A DNA stretch of 64,000 nt. Origin: an uncultured Desulfospira sp. (GTDB taxonomy: Bacteria > Desulfobacterota > Desulfobacteria > Desulfobacterales > Desulfobacteraceae). The stretch's first letter is position 1; each line of letters starts with the position of its first letter. A program made the translations under genes and the position numbers. This document shows, piece after piece, positions 48,596 to 57,250 of the stretch. The notes under the pieces were generated by a model. The model ran no database searches. It had not been told where the DNA came from and saw only the letters and a list, made by a program, of their open reading frames with translations. The stretch lies in the NCBI GenBank assembly GCA_963663165.1, contig OY760175.1, positions 5,856,001 to 5,920,000 of the forward strand. The letters are read 5' to 3'.

Positions 48596-48691
48596 TAACG
48601 GCCACGGGCCGTCTTTGGTTATCCAACCAAGAACCGCCACAACGAATAATGAAAGTCTTATCAGGATGTTAGTGAGATTTTCATATAAAAA
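48596..48691 (+). repeat. Dispersed ~95-bp two-hairpin element, copy 3
   Basis: TAACGGCCACGGGCCGTCTTTGGTTATCCAACCAAGAACCGCCACAACGAATAATGAAAGTCT...AGATTTTCATATAAAA. Confidence 0.85.
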
Positions 48692-48696
48692 GTGCC

Positions 48697-48738
48697 TGAA
48701 CGAAAACCAATTACCCATGAACGAAAACCAATTACCCA
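48697..48738 (+). repeat. Perfect 21-bp tandem duplication upstream of the exosortase
   Basis: TGAACGAAAACCAATTACCCA at 48697-48717 and 48718-48738. Confidence 0.9.
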
Positions 48739-48761
48739 AAGGAACCTGAGGGCTTTTTTTC

Positions 48762-49736
48762 ATGACGTTTCCACCACTTCCGGCCCCTGTGAAAAGCCCT
48801 AAGATTGGCTTTGTTCTCGGGTTTATCGTTACGGCAACCCTTGCTTATGCCCTTTTAAATACGGCACCTGACTCTTTTTACGCCGGCATTAACCGGGTCA
48901 ATGCCCTGGCCGCCGGATGGATGCTGCAAACCCTGGGCATTGAAGCTGTCATCAACGGGGATTTGATTTCCTGCCCGGGGTTTACGGCAAAGGTGGTGGG
49001 GGAGTGCTCCGCTGTATTCGTCAGTGTTCTGCCCCTGGCCTTTTTCCTGTCCTATCCGGCCCCTTTGGCTCTCAGGGCCGCAGGCGTCCTCATGGGGCTT
49101 CCTTTGTTGTTCGGTGTCAATATTTTGAGGATCGCCCTGGTCATTATGGCCGGCCGGACCTGGCCGGACCTGTTTGCCTGGATTCACTTGTATTTGGGGC
49201 AGATCGGCATGATCCTTGTGGTGGTATGGATCTGCATGGTCTGGCTGCAATGGATCGCCCGGCAGGGCCGTAACGAAACAACGGGCCGGTCTGCCGGACG
49301 GTTTGTGCTGCTGGCCCTTGCCTTTTCCATTATCCCCTTTGCCGCCTGGGTCTGGCTGTCCCGGCCCTATACCCGGGTGATCCTGTATCTGGGGCAGGCG
49401 CTTTTAAAACTGGGCGGTTTTCAGGTTATTCTGCCCGATACATTGGGGATTTATCCCCATCTGTTTATTTCATTTAATATCGTGATTTTATTTAGTATGG
49501 TTCTGGCGGACCAGCTGATTTTAAAAAAATTGAATTTCAAACAGGTGGCTCTTGGTTTCGGGGCTCTGATGGGGCTGCATATCCTGTTCCAGGTTTTGCC
49601 GCTGCTGTTTTTCCAGTACCGGGTCGGGGCGGCCCAATACCTGATCAACGCCCTCTTGATCGTCCACCAGTTTATCCTTCCCTTTGTCCTGTGGCTGGTT
49701 TTGATGCCGATGGTTAAAAAGGCTGAAGGGGGTTAG
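48762..49736 (+). CDS. Exosortase/archaeosortase-family transpeptidase with extra C-terminal membrane domain
   Basis: Cys-Arg-His triad pattern: VVGECSA, VNILRI, WIHLY; polytopic membrane protein. Confidence 0.85.
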   Translation: MTFPPLPAPVKSPKIGFVLGFIVTATLAYALLNTAPDSFYAGINRVNALAAGWMLQTLGIEAVINGDLISCPGFTAKVVGECSAVFVSVLPLAFFLSYPAPLALRAAGVLMGLPLLFGVNILRIALVIMAGRTWPDLFAWIHLYLGQIGMILVVVWICMVWLQWIARQGRNETTGRSAGRFVLLALAFSIIPFAAWVWLSRPYTRVILYLGQALLKLGGFQVILPDTLGIYPHLFISFNIVILFSMVLADQLILKKLNFKQVALGFGALMGLHILFQVLPLLFFQYRVGAAQYLINALLIVHQFILPFVLWLVLMPMVKKAEGG

Positions 49737-49772
49737 ACTGAAGGCTGAAGTGGCTTATTCTGCCCCACTTTT

Positions 49773-50045
49773 TTAAAATTCCTTCACATCTTCTAACAGT
49801 GAAAAACTGACCACCTGGTCCAGGCTGATATAAACCCTGATCCGGTTGGCTTTGATGCCGGTCTTCCGGCTTTCAAATACGTACAGGTCCTTGGATGCTG
49901 GCACATCCCGGTTGTCGTGGGCATCTGCATCCACGAGAACGGCCGTCCGGTCATCCACCTGTTCCAAGGTCCCCAGGTAAACCCATGAAGACCCGGTGTC
50001 CAGCACAACCTGCCGGCCGATATAATTTTCCAAAGCCTCTTTCAT
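49773..50045 (-). CDS. Small protein with Sm/LSm-like motif
   Basis: LENYIGRQVVL...YLGTLEQVD...VLVDA (Sm1-like) and VYISLDQVVSFS (Sm2-like). Confidence 0.6.
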   Translation of the reverse strand: MKEALENYIGRQVVLDTGSSWVYLGTLEQVDDRTAVLVDADAHDNRDVPASKDLYVFESRKTGIKANRIRVYISLDQVVSFSLLEDVKEF

Positions 50046-50079
50046 TTATTAAATGCCTGACTTTTCGTTCAAACACCGC

Positions 50080-50406
50080 CTAAAGCAGCCATTTGATTCC
50101 TGAATCTACCAGTGTAATCAAAAACGCCGCAATAATGGTGGTGCCAAACCCCTGAATTTCAAAATTCCTTACCAGCTTGTCCGTCAGCCATAGCACAAAT
50201 GCATTGATCACCAGCATGAACAGGCCAAAGGTGACAATGATAAACGGAAGGGAGAGCAAAACAAAGAGCCAGCCAAAGAAAAAATTGATCAAAGAGTAAA
50301 CAATGGCCACACCAACTGCGGTGAGGAACCCTTTTATGTGGATGCCGGGCAGCAGCTGGGAAACCAGGAATACAGCCACACTGAGAATCAGAATATTAAT
50401 GAGCAT
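50080..50406 (-). CDS. YvlD-like 4-TM membrane protein (phage holin family 4 type)
   Basis: LPGIHIKGF...LSLPFIIVTFGLFMLVINA...FEIQGFG. Confidence 0.85.
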   Translation of the reverse strand: MLINILILSVAVFLVSQLLPGIHIKGFLTAVGVAIVYSLINFFFGWLFVLLSLPFIIVTFGLFMLVINAFVLWLTDKLVRNFEIQGFGTTIIAAFLITLVDSGIKWLL

Positions 50407-50549
50407 TGGATTTATCCTTTGTGTTTAAAGTTAAGTTCAGGTCTTATTTACGTTTTCAGAACCTTCCGGTCAAGTTTTGTTTTTATTGGCTGCCGGCAGC
50501 CACAGGGGTGCGCCGGACAATAATCTGTCTTTGAGGCCCGCCTTTTGGT

Positions 50550-50671
50550 TAAGGTTTAAGAAAAATATGCCGATTTAATTCGTTATTCTGGTTTAAAAAA
50601 AGTTCACTGTCCATGGTTGGCCACCGGCAGGCTGCAGCCCTTTTTGAAAGCCGGTGCTTAAAGGCCGATGA
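50550..50671 (+). promoter_or_regulatory. Two tandem sigma28 (FliA)-like promoters
   Basis: TAAG-N15-GCCGATTT (50550-50576) and TGAA-N15-GCCGATGA (50645-50671) vs consensus TAAA-N15-GCCGATAA. Confidence 0.65.
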
Positions 50672-50692
50672 TTATCATCAAAAGGATATATT

Positions 50693-52912
50693 ATGGGGCT
50701 TAACGTGCAATTTGGTTCTTGCAATTATACGGCTGTCGTATATTCGCTTCAAAACCGTATGGGGTTATCGGGGTACCAGAAGGAGCAGAACTTAATTTCG
50801 GTGGATTCAGCTTATGTTGACCGGGTCAGCACGGCAGCCAAAGCAAGGGCCGTAGAATATGAGGCAGATGAGCCTTTATCCGATACCCAGCTGGATCAGT
50901 TGTATTCTATTTATCTTCAACTGGGGGATGAAGATGAGTTTTACGGCCGGATCGGCAGCCTGGTTCAGGAAATGGCAGGGGCTGACCGGGACAATTTCCT
51001 TTCTGCGCTTTCCCGGGCCGGGGATGAACTTAAACCGGTTGTGCTCATGACAGAGGCCCTGGCCGGAACAGACCGATCCGGTTTCCTTGAAACTGCCGCA
51101 CGGATAGCACCGGGGGATGCCCTTTCAGGATTGATAGAGGCCGTTTCAAAGACAGACCGGGAATCCCGGGCCGGGTTTTTTGAAGTGGCGGATCAGCTGA
51201 ACCGGTCGGCTGAAAGCATCAATGCCCGGGAATTGGAAAATTTTGTGCTGGCGGCTGCGGGATCCCCGGTTGATATTCCGGCCCTGACAGCCAAAACCCT
51301 GGAATATGGGGAAAATGAAGTGAACCGGGCCAATTTTCTGGCAGCGGCTGCCGGGTCAGGCCAAAACTTATCCCAACTGATTGGGGTTGCGGATTCCCTT
51401 GAAAATAAGGATCTGTTTGATTTTCTGGCTTCCGCCGCCAGGGCGGGGCAGGGGCTTTCAAATTTGATGCAGCTTTCATCGGCTCTGGGCGGGGATGAAA
51501 GATCGGAATGGCTCAGTTTTTTAACGGATCTGGAAGACCAGAATCTGGACAATTTCCTGCTGGCAACCCATGGGGAAAAGGCGAATCTTTCCCGGCTTAC
51601 GGCCGTCACCAATGAACTTTCCGGCCAGAATAGAACACACTTTTTAGAGGTTGCCGCCAATGTGGCCGGTTCTCTTTCCCCGCTATTGGGTGTCGTGCAA
51701 AAACTTGAGGCACCGTCCGGTGATCTGGAAAATTTTCTGTCTGCCGGGATGAAGGCTGGAGACGGATTTTCGGACTTTGTGGGGATTGTTCAGGATCTGT
51801 CCGGCAGTATCCGGCGGGAAACCCTCTCTTTTGCCGCCGGCCTATCCCTGTCTGACCTGGGTTCATTTATCCAGGCGGCAAAGGAAAACAACGCCAGCGA
51901 TCTGGTTTCAACGGGCAATGACCTTGCCGGAAAGGACAAAAGCTATTTTCTTTATGCGGCCTCTGTCACCGGTGATGTCCAGGGCCTTGCGGCACAGCTG
52001 GAAGATCTTAATGAAAATGAAAAAAGCGATTTCCTCTTCATGGCGGCCAATATGGATTCCGCGCCTGGCGCTGAGTGGGAAAATTATCTTGACGATCTTG
52101 GCCAGATGGAAGAACCGGAACGGGAGGGTTATCTGTCTTCAGAACGGATGCTCACCCTTGCCGCTAAAGGCACCGATGCAACCTATGTTTATCTGAATTC
52201 CGTATTTGACGAGGAGGCCATGGCGGCTTTGCTGGGGGCAGATTCAAACCCTGATAACCTGCTGGGTGCCATTGACGAACTGGACACTGGGCAACGGCAG
52301 GCCTTTTTGGCGGCTGCCGGAAAGGCCGGCCCTGAAACCGTGCAGGATTTGATGATGGTGGCCGAAAGGCTTGACAACAGTGATGCCCAGGCGTTTAGGG
52401 CGTTGGCTCAAACGTTGAAACCCAAAAATCTGGTTAATTTTATCAACGCCGCGAAAACCGCCCTGGATGGTTCTGATTCGGGGAAAACCCGGTTAAACCG
52501 GTTGATGGATGTCACCCGGGATCTTCCGGCCCCAGTCCGGGAGGATTTTCTCAATGCCGCAGCCCGGGCAGGCCGGTCCCTGGACGGATTTCTGGACTTA
52601 ACCGGGCAGCTGGGCGGGGAACTGCGGGTGGATTTTTTAATCGCGGCGGACCGTATTGCCGACAGCCCGGGCGGGGGGCAATGGCTGTCCCTGTACATAC
52701 AGGGAACAAGCAACATGATAGAACGCAACCAAAATGAATTTTTTAACGGGGCCGTTAAACTCGGCCGGCAGTCCGGCGCGGTGCTTCTTGAGAAGTCAAT
52801 ATCCGGGACATCAACTTACAGCGTGGCCACCTATCTGAGGTCAGCGGCCTGGGTGACCGGGCCCGGGATCGACAACACCCTTAAGCAGCAGTGGATTGCG
52901 TCTTTTGTCTGA
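50693..52912 (+). CDS. Hypothetical 739-aa alpha-helical repeat protein
   Basis: AAGGA RBS; recurring xRxxFLxAAxxAGxxLxxL units; no signal peptide, TM segment or recognised family. Confidence 0.8.
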   Translation: MGLNVQFGSCNYTAVVYSLQNRMGLSGYQKEQNLISVDSAYVDRVSTAAKARAVEYEADEPLSDTQLDQLYSIYLQLGDEDEFYGRIGSLVQEMAGADRDNFLSALSRAGDELKPVVLMTEALAGTDRSGFLETAARIAPGDALSGLIEAVSKTDRESRAGFFEVADQLNRSAESINARELENFVLAAAGSPVDIPALTAKTLEYGENEVNRANFLAAAAGSGQNLSQLIGVADSLENKDLFDFLASAARAGQGLSNLMQLSSALGGDERSEWLSFLTDLEDQNLDNFLLATHGEKANLSRLTAVTNELSGQNRTHFLEVAANVAGSLSPLLGVVQKLEAPSGDLENFLSAGMKAGDGFSDFVGIVQDLSGSIRRETLSFAAGLSLSDLGSFIQAAKENNASDLVSTGNDLAGKDKSYFLYAASVTGDVQGLAAQLEDLNENEKSDFLFMAANMDSAPGAEWENYLDDLGQMEEPEREGYLSSERMLTLAAKGTDATYVYLNSVFDEEAMAALLGADSNPDNLLGAIDELDTGQRQAFLAAAGKAGPETVQDLMMVAERLDNSDAQAFRALAQTLKPKNLVNFINAAKTALDGSDSGKTRLNRLMDVTRDLPAPVREDFLNAAARAGRSLDGFLDLTGQLGGELRVDFLIAADRIADSPGGGQWLSLYIQGTSNMIERNQNEFFNGAVKLGRQSGAVLLEKSISGTSTYSVATYLRSAAWVTGPGIDNTLKQQWIASFV

Positions 52913-52923
52913 GATTAATGCCG

Positions 52924-53721
52924 TCAGCGTTTCAAATCTTCCGGGATAAGGCATACCGGGATCGGGTCCATTTTATGCCGGTTGGCTGAATGGAAATTTT
53001 TAAAGATTTCCAGGACCTTTTTCTGCCGTTCATTGAGCCCTTGGTCTGCGGCCTGTTTTTCTTTGCCCACAAGGGCGTCATGGCCCATGGCCCATTCCAG
53101 CTCGGCATAGGATGCCCCGATCTGGTTTTCATCGGTCCGGTCATCTTCCCAGAGGCCGTCGGTCGGCCGGGCGTTGATGATGTCTTCAATGACCCCAAAT
53201 GCTTTTGCCACGGCATAAACTTCAGATTTCATTAAATCGGCAATGGGGGACAGGTCCACCCCGCCGTCTCCGTATTTGGTGTAAAAGCCCACCCCGAAAT
53301 CTTCCACCTTGTTCCCCGTGCCGGCCACCAGCATTTTGTGGTGGGAGGCAAAGGCGTACAGGGTGACCATGCGAAGGCGTGACCGGGTATTGGCCATGGT
53401 CAGGCCGTCCTGTATATCTTCGGGAAGCGTGGTTTTAAACTGCTCAAAGGCTGTGGTCAGGTCCACGTCAACGCCGGAGACGGTTTCATATTTGTCCTTG
53501 AGCCAGGCAATGTGGGCGCTGGACCTTGATACCTGGTCTATGGCCTGGTGAATGGGCATATTCAGGGCAATGACCGGGGCTCCGGTTGAGGCGCACAGGG
53601 TGGAGGTCACGGCCGAATCAATCCCGCCGGATACACCCACCACAAATCCCTTCATCCCGGACTGATCCAGGTAATGTTTAAGCCAGAGGGTGATGTGATC
53701 AATAACTTTTGATGTCTGCAT
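52924..53721 (-). CDS. nadE: NH3-dependent NAD+ synthetase
   Basis: GVSGGIDSAV, NTRSRLRM, GTGNKVE, YTKYGDGG, PTDGL. Confidence 0.95.
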   Translation of the reverse strand: MQTSKVIDHITLWLKHYLDQSGMKGFVVGVSGGIDSAVTSTLCASTGAPVIALNMPIHQAIDQVSRSSAHIAWLKDKYETVSGVDVDLTTAFEQFKTTLPEDIQDGLTMANTRSRLRMVTLYAFASHHKMLVAGTGNKVEDFGVGFYTKYGDGGVDLSPIADLMKSEVYAVAKAFGVIEDIINARPTDGLWEDDRTDENQIGASYAELEWAMGHDALVGKEKQAADQGLNERQKKVLEIFKNFHSANRHKMDPIPVCLIPEDLKR

Positions 53722-53965
53722 TTTTTTTTCTCGCTGTTGGCTGCTGGCTGTCAGCAGCCGGTTTATGGCCGAAAACAGGCGGTTTTTAAAGCATTCTGCG
53801 TCAGGGAGATCCGTTAACCCAAATCAGGGTTTTCCCACAGCCGTTATAACAGAAAATAGGCTTTAGGGAAAATCGATTGCATCTCAAATCAAAATCTAAT
53901 AAAAATGTAAATAGAAAAATTCTCCATTTCATAAATGATGGTTTAATCTGTACGAGGGAGACTGA

Positions 53966-54424
53966 ATGATGAGGTATATCCCATACATTGTAGTCGTTTT
54001 CAGCCTTCATTTTCTTGCGGGAATTGTCCTGGCCCAGGACAAAACCTATGTCGGCTCACAGGCTTGCAAAGAATGCCACGAGGGACAGTACTTAAGATTT
54101 AACCAGGATTCCAAAAAGGCCGGTTCCTTTGACAGCATCGCAAAGATGGAATCCCGTCTGACCCCTGAGGAGTTCAGGTCCTGTTTTCAGTGCCATACCA
54201 CAGGATATGGCCGGGAAGGCGGTTTTGTATCTATGTCGGAAACGCCTGATTTAAAATATCCGGGCTGTGAGGTCTGCCACGGACCGGGAAGCCTTCACGC
54301 TGAATCCGGCGATCCGGACGAAATCCAAGGCAGGGTCACCCCGGAAACCTGTGGGCAGTGCCACAGCAGCGACAGGATCAAGGTGTTTGATTTTAAGCCG
54401 TTATTGTTCGGCGGTGCCCATTAA
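53966..54424 (+). CDS. Periplasmic tetraheme cytochrome c
   Basis: Signal peptide; four CxxCH motifs: CKECH, CFQCH, CEVCH, CGQCH. Confidence 0.9.
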   Translation: MMRYIPYIVVVFSLHFLAGIVLAQDKTYVGSQACKECHEGQYLRFNQDSKKAGSFDSIAKMESRLTPEEFRSCFQCHTTGYGREGGFVSMSETPDLKYPGCEVCHGPGSLHAESGDPDEIQGRVTPETCGQCHSSDRIKVFDFKPLLFGGAH

Positions 54425-54448
54425 CCTGAAAAACAGGGAGCAGAACCT

Positions 54449-56122
54449 TTGAATTTCCTTAGCTTTATAAACCGGCGGCTATGGCTGAAACTTCTCATCC
54501 CGGTTTCTTTTATTGTCTTTCTTGTCATTGCTGCAAGTGTTTTGTTCAACAGCAGGTATCAGGAAAAATTGAGCCTTGGGCAGATGAGACAACAGAACCT
54601 TTCGTTATCCCAGGTGGTTGAGAGCAGCATGTTTGATTCCCTTTCAACCGGGGATAATGATGTGGTCAGACGCCAGTTTGAGCGAATCAAGGCCACCCTG
54701 CCCGGGATAAAAATATTTGTCTATGATTACAATGGCCAGGTGGCTTTTTCGACCCAGGCGGATGATGTCGGCAAACCAATCCGGACCTTTTTGCCGGATG
54801 CCGCAAAAACCGAACTGAATACCATGCTCCAGACAGGGAAAGGTTTTACAGGAGACAACCAGACCGTGCTTCACGGCGAAAGGTTTGTATTTGAAAGCCA
54901 TGTCATCCATAATGAAGCCAAATGCCATCACTGCCACGGGGAATCCAGAAAAATTCTGGGGGGGATAACGCTGTTCAGCCCGGCCGACGAAATTTTAAAC
55001 CGGATATCCAAGGGTAAAATGGTCAACTGGTTTGCCGGGGCAGCAGGGCTGCTTCTGATTATCGCCTTTGTCTGGCTGTTTTTTCATTTTTCGGTCAATC
55101 TGAAGGTCCGAATGATTCTCAATGCCATGGAGCAAATGCAGGATGGTGATTTTACCCTGGACATTGATGTTCCCAAAGGCGACGAGATGAATCATATCCT
55201 GTCCCGGATCAGCGTGGTCAGCAAAGACTTGCGCCAGGTGTTGAATCAGGTCAAGCAGGGCAGCGAGAAAATGCTTTTCGCATCAAAAGACCTGGAACAT
55301 ATTTCCGGCCGCCTGGCCGATGCCAGCACCGCCACTTCAACCCGGGCAAAAAGCGTCACAGCGGCGGCCGAAGAGATGAACACCACCAGCCAGACCATTG
55401 CCAAAGCCATGGAAAAATCGTCCGGCTCCGTGTCCAATGTGGCCCTGGCCGTTGATGAGATGTCTGCGACCGTGACGGAAATTGCCCGGAATGTGAATAC
55501 ATCCAGGGAGTTTTCCTTGAAACTGGTGAATGATTTCAGTCGTGTGGAAAAGGTGGTGGATGAGTTAAAGGTCCGGGCGGATGAAGTGGATTTCGTAACC
55601 GATGAAATCCGCGCCATAGCCGAACAGGTCAGCCTTCTGGCGCTGAACGCAAAAATTGAAGCGGCCCGGGCCGGGGAAGCCGGGAAGGGATTTGCCGTGG
55701 TTGCCGAAGAGATCACCACCCTTGCCCTGGATACGAATCATGCCACGGTTGAGGCGGATGAAAAACTTTTACGCATGAAAGAGGGGACAAAAGAAACCGT
55801 CTCTTTGATTCAGACCATCGCCAAACTGATTCAGGATACCGAAGAATCCATGAAAACCATATCTGCCGCAGTGGAAGAACAGGATGAGACCAGCCGGGAG
55901 ATTGCCGAAAGTATCGCCTCGGTATCCGACGATGTGATGCAGGTCAACGGCAGCATCGGGCAGAGTGTCGAGGGTGCCGGAGAGATTGCCCGGGACATTA
56001 CCATTGTCGGCCAGGATTCACAGGAAGTCAAAATAAACAGTGACCGGCTCAACGAAAACGCAAAACATCTGTCGGGCATGGCAAAGGATTTTGAAAAGCT
56101 GGTCAGCCGGTTTAAGGTCTGA
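54449..56122 (+). CDS. Methyl-accepting chemotaxis protein with periplasmic heme-c site
   Basis: Two TM segments flanking CHHCH; HAMP; LLALNAKIEAARAGEAGKGFAVVAEEI. Confidence 0.92.
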   Translation: MNFLSFINRRLWLKLLIPVSFIVFLVIAASVLFNSRYQEKLSLGQMRQQNLSLSQVVESSMFDSLSTGDNDVVRRQFERIKATLPGIKIFVYDYNGQVAFSTQADDVGKPIRTFLPDAAKTELNTMLQTGKGFTGDNQTVLHGERFVFESHVIHNEAKCHHCHGESRKILGGITLFSPADEILNRISKGKMVNWFAGAAGLLLIIAFVWLFFHFSVNLKVRMILNAMEQMQDGDFTLDIDVPKGDEMNHILSRISVVSKDLRQVLNQVKQGSEKMLFASKDLEHISGRLADASTATSTRAKSVTAAAEEMNTTSQTIAKAMEKSSGSVSNVALAVDEMSATVTEIARNVNTSREFSLKLVNDFSRVEKVVDELKVRADEVDFVTDEIRAIAEQVSLLALNAKIEAARAGEAGKGFAVVAEEITTLALDTNHATVEADEKLLRMKEGTKETVSLIQTIAKLIQDTEESMKTISAAVEEQDETSREIAESIASVSDDVMQVNGSIGQSVEGAGEIARDITIVGQDSQEVKINSDRLNENAKHLSGMAKDFEKLVSRFKV

Positions 56123-56179
56123 CCCTTATATTGCGGTATACCAAAATGGATATTTTTTAAACAAAAGGAGAGAGGGATC

Positions 56180-57019
56180 ATGAGAAAGCTTTATTTTACT
56201 TTGTTGGCGTGTTTATTCTTACTGGCAGGGGTTTGCAGTTCAGTTCAGGCGGCCACCACATTTAACAATCTGGTGGTGTTTGGGGACAGCCTTTCGGATA
56301 CCGGGAATATCGGCCGGTATTCTAATGGCGATATCTGGGTGGAAACCCTGTCCACAAATCTTGAGGCGGCCCTGTATAACTATGCCTCTGCAGGTGCCAC
56401 CACCGGCAATGACAATCCTGCAGCTGGATTGGACTACACCGGGCTTTTATGGCAGGTGGACGATACGGCAAACCTGCATTATATCCCTTCTTTAATAACG
56501 GGAACCAGCCTTGTGGCCTTATGGGCCGGCGCCAACGATTTCCTTCAAGGCCGAGACTATCAGGCGGCTGTCGATAACATCGAAATCGCCCTGGAGTCCC
56601 TGTATGATGACGGGTTCCATTATTTTATGGTGCCCAACCTTCCCGATATCGGCGCCACGCCCCTTTTTAAATATTACAAATTATCCACCGAGTCTGAAGC
56701 AGCCACTGCCTGGACCAATGCATTCAATACAGCCCTGGCGAATATGCTGGCAGACTTTGTAGCGGATGAGGAAAATGATGGTGTGGTTCTCTATTCCTTG
56801 GATATATATACTGCCTTTGGCGGGTATGAGATCGGCAGCGCGGATTGGGCGGCGCTTTTCTGGACTGACTACTTTCATCCATCTTCCACGGGCCATGCGC
56901 TGATTGCCAGCATTGCCGGAAGTGCTGTTCCTGTTCCCCATACGGCCTTTCTTCTGGTGACCGGGCTTCTGGGGCTTACCCTGGCCGGCCGGAAATGGCG
57001 GAACAGAATTCAGGGATGA
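56180..57019 (+). CDS. SGNH/GDSL hydrolase with VPVP-CTERM sorting signal
   Basis: Signal peptide; FGDSLSDTGN, WAGAND, DYFHP; C-terminus AVPVPHTAFLLVTGLLGLTLAGRKWRNR. Confidence 0.88.
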   Translation: MRKLYFTLLACLFLLAGVCSSVQAATTFNNLVVFGDSLSDTGNIGRYSNGDIWVETLSTNLEAALYNYASAGATTGNDNPAAGLDYTGLLWQVDDTANLHYIPSLITGTSLVALWAGANDFLQGRDYQAAVDNIEIALESLYDDGFHYFMVPNLPDIGATPLFKYYKLSTESEAATAWTNAFNTALANMLADFVADEENDGVVLYSLDIYTAFGGYEIGSADWAALFWTDYFHPSSTGHALIASIAGSAVPVPHTAFLLVTGLLGLTLAGRKWRNRIQG

Positions 57020-57107
57020 TTATGGAATTCAGGGTCATCTTACATAATTCCAAATAATTAAGTAAGATGACCATCGATATAAAATTTAAGTTAGATCTCC
57101 AATAAAA

Positions 57108-57184
57108 GGGACTTGGGATATGGGACCTGAGACTTGGGGATTGCAGCATCCACGGCCTCCCCAAGTCCCATATCCCAAGTCTCA
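57108..57184. repeat. Heptamer (GGGAYWT)n arms forming an inverted repeat between convergent genes
   Basis: GGGACTTGGGATATGGGACCTGAGACTTGGGGA...TCCCCAAGTCCCATATCCCAAGTCTCA; related copies at ~18164-18218 and ~63148-63220. Confidence 0.7.
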
Positions 57185-57250
57185 ATTTTATACCATCCAT
57201 ACTCACATATTAAAACACCTAAAGGGTACAATTCGGGTTTCCGGCAGGGT

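Noticed and set aside
50080..50406. Holin-family gene as evidence of a prophage
   Set aside because: YvlD-like proteins are common chromosomal genes; no phage structural, integrase or lysin genes nearby
53866..53882. GG-N10-GC sigma54 site upstream of the cytochrome gene
   Set aside because: The -24 context (GGGAAA) is far from TGGCAC; likely chance
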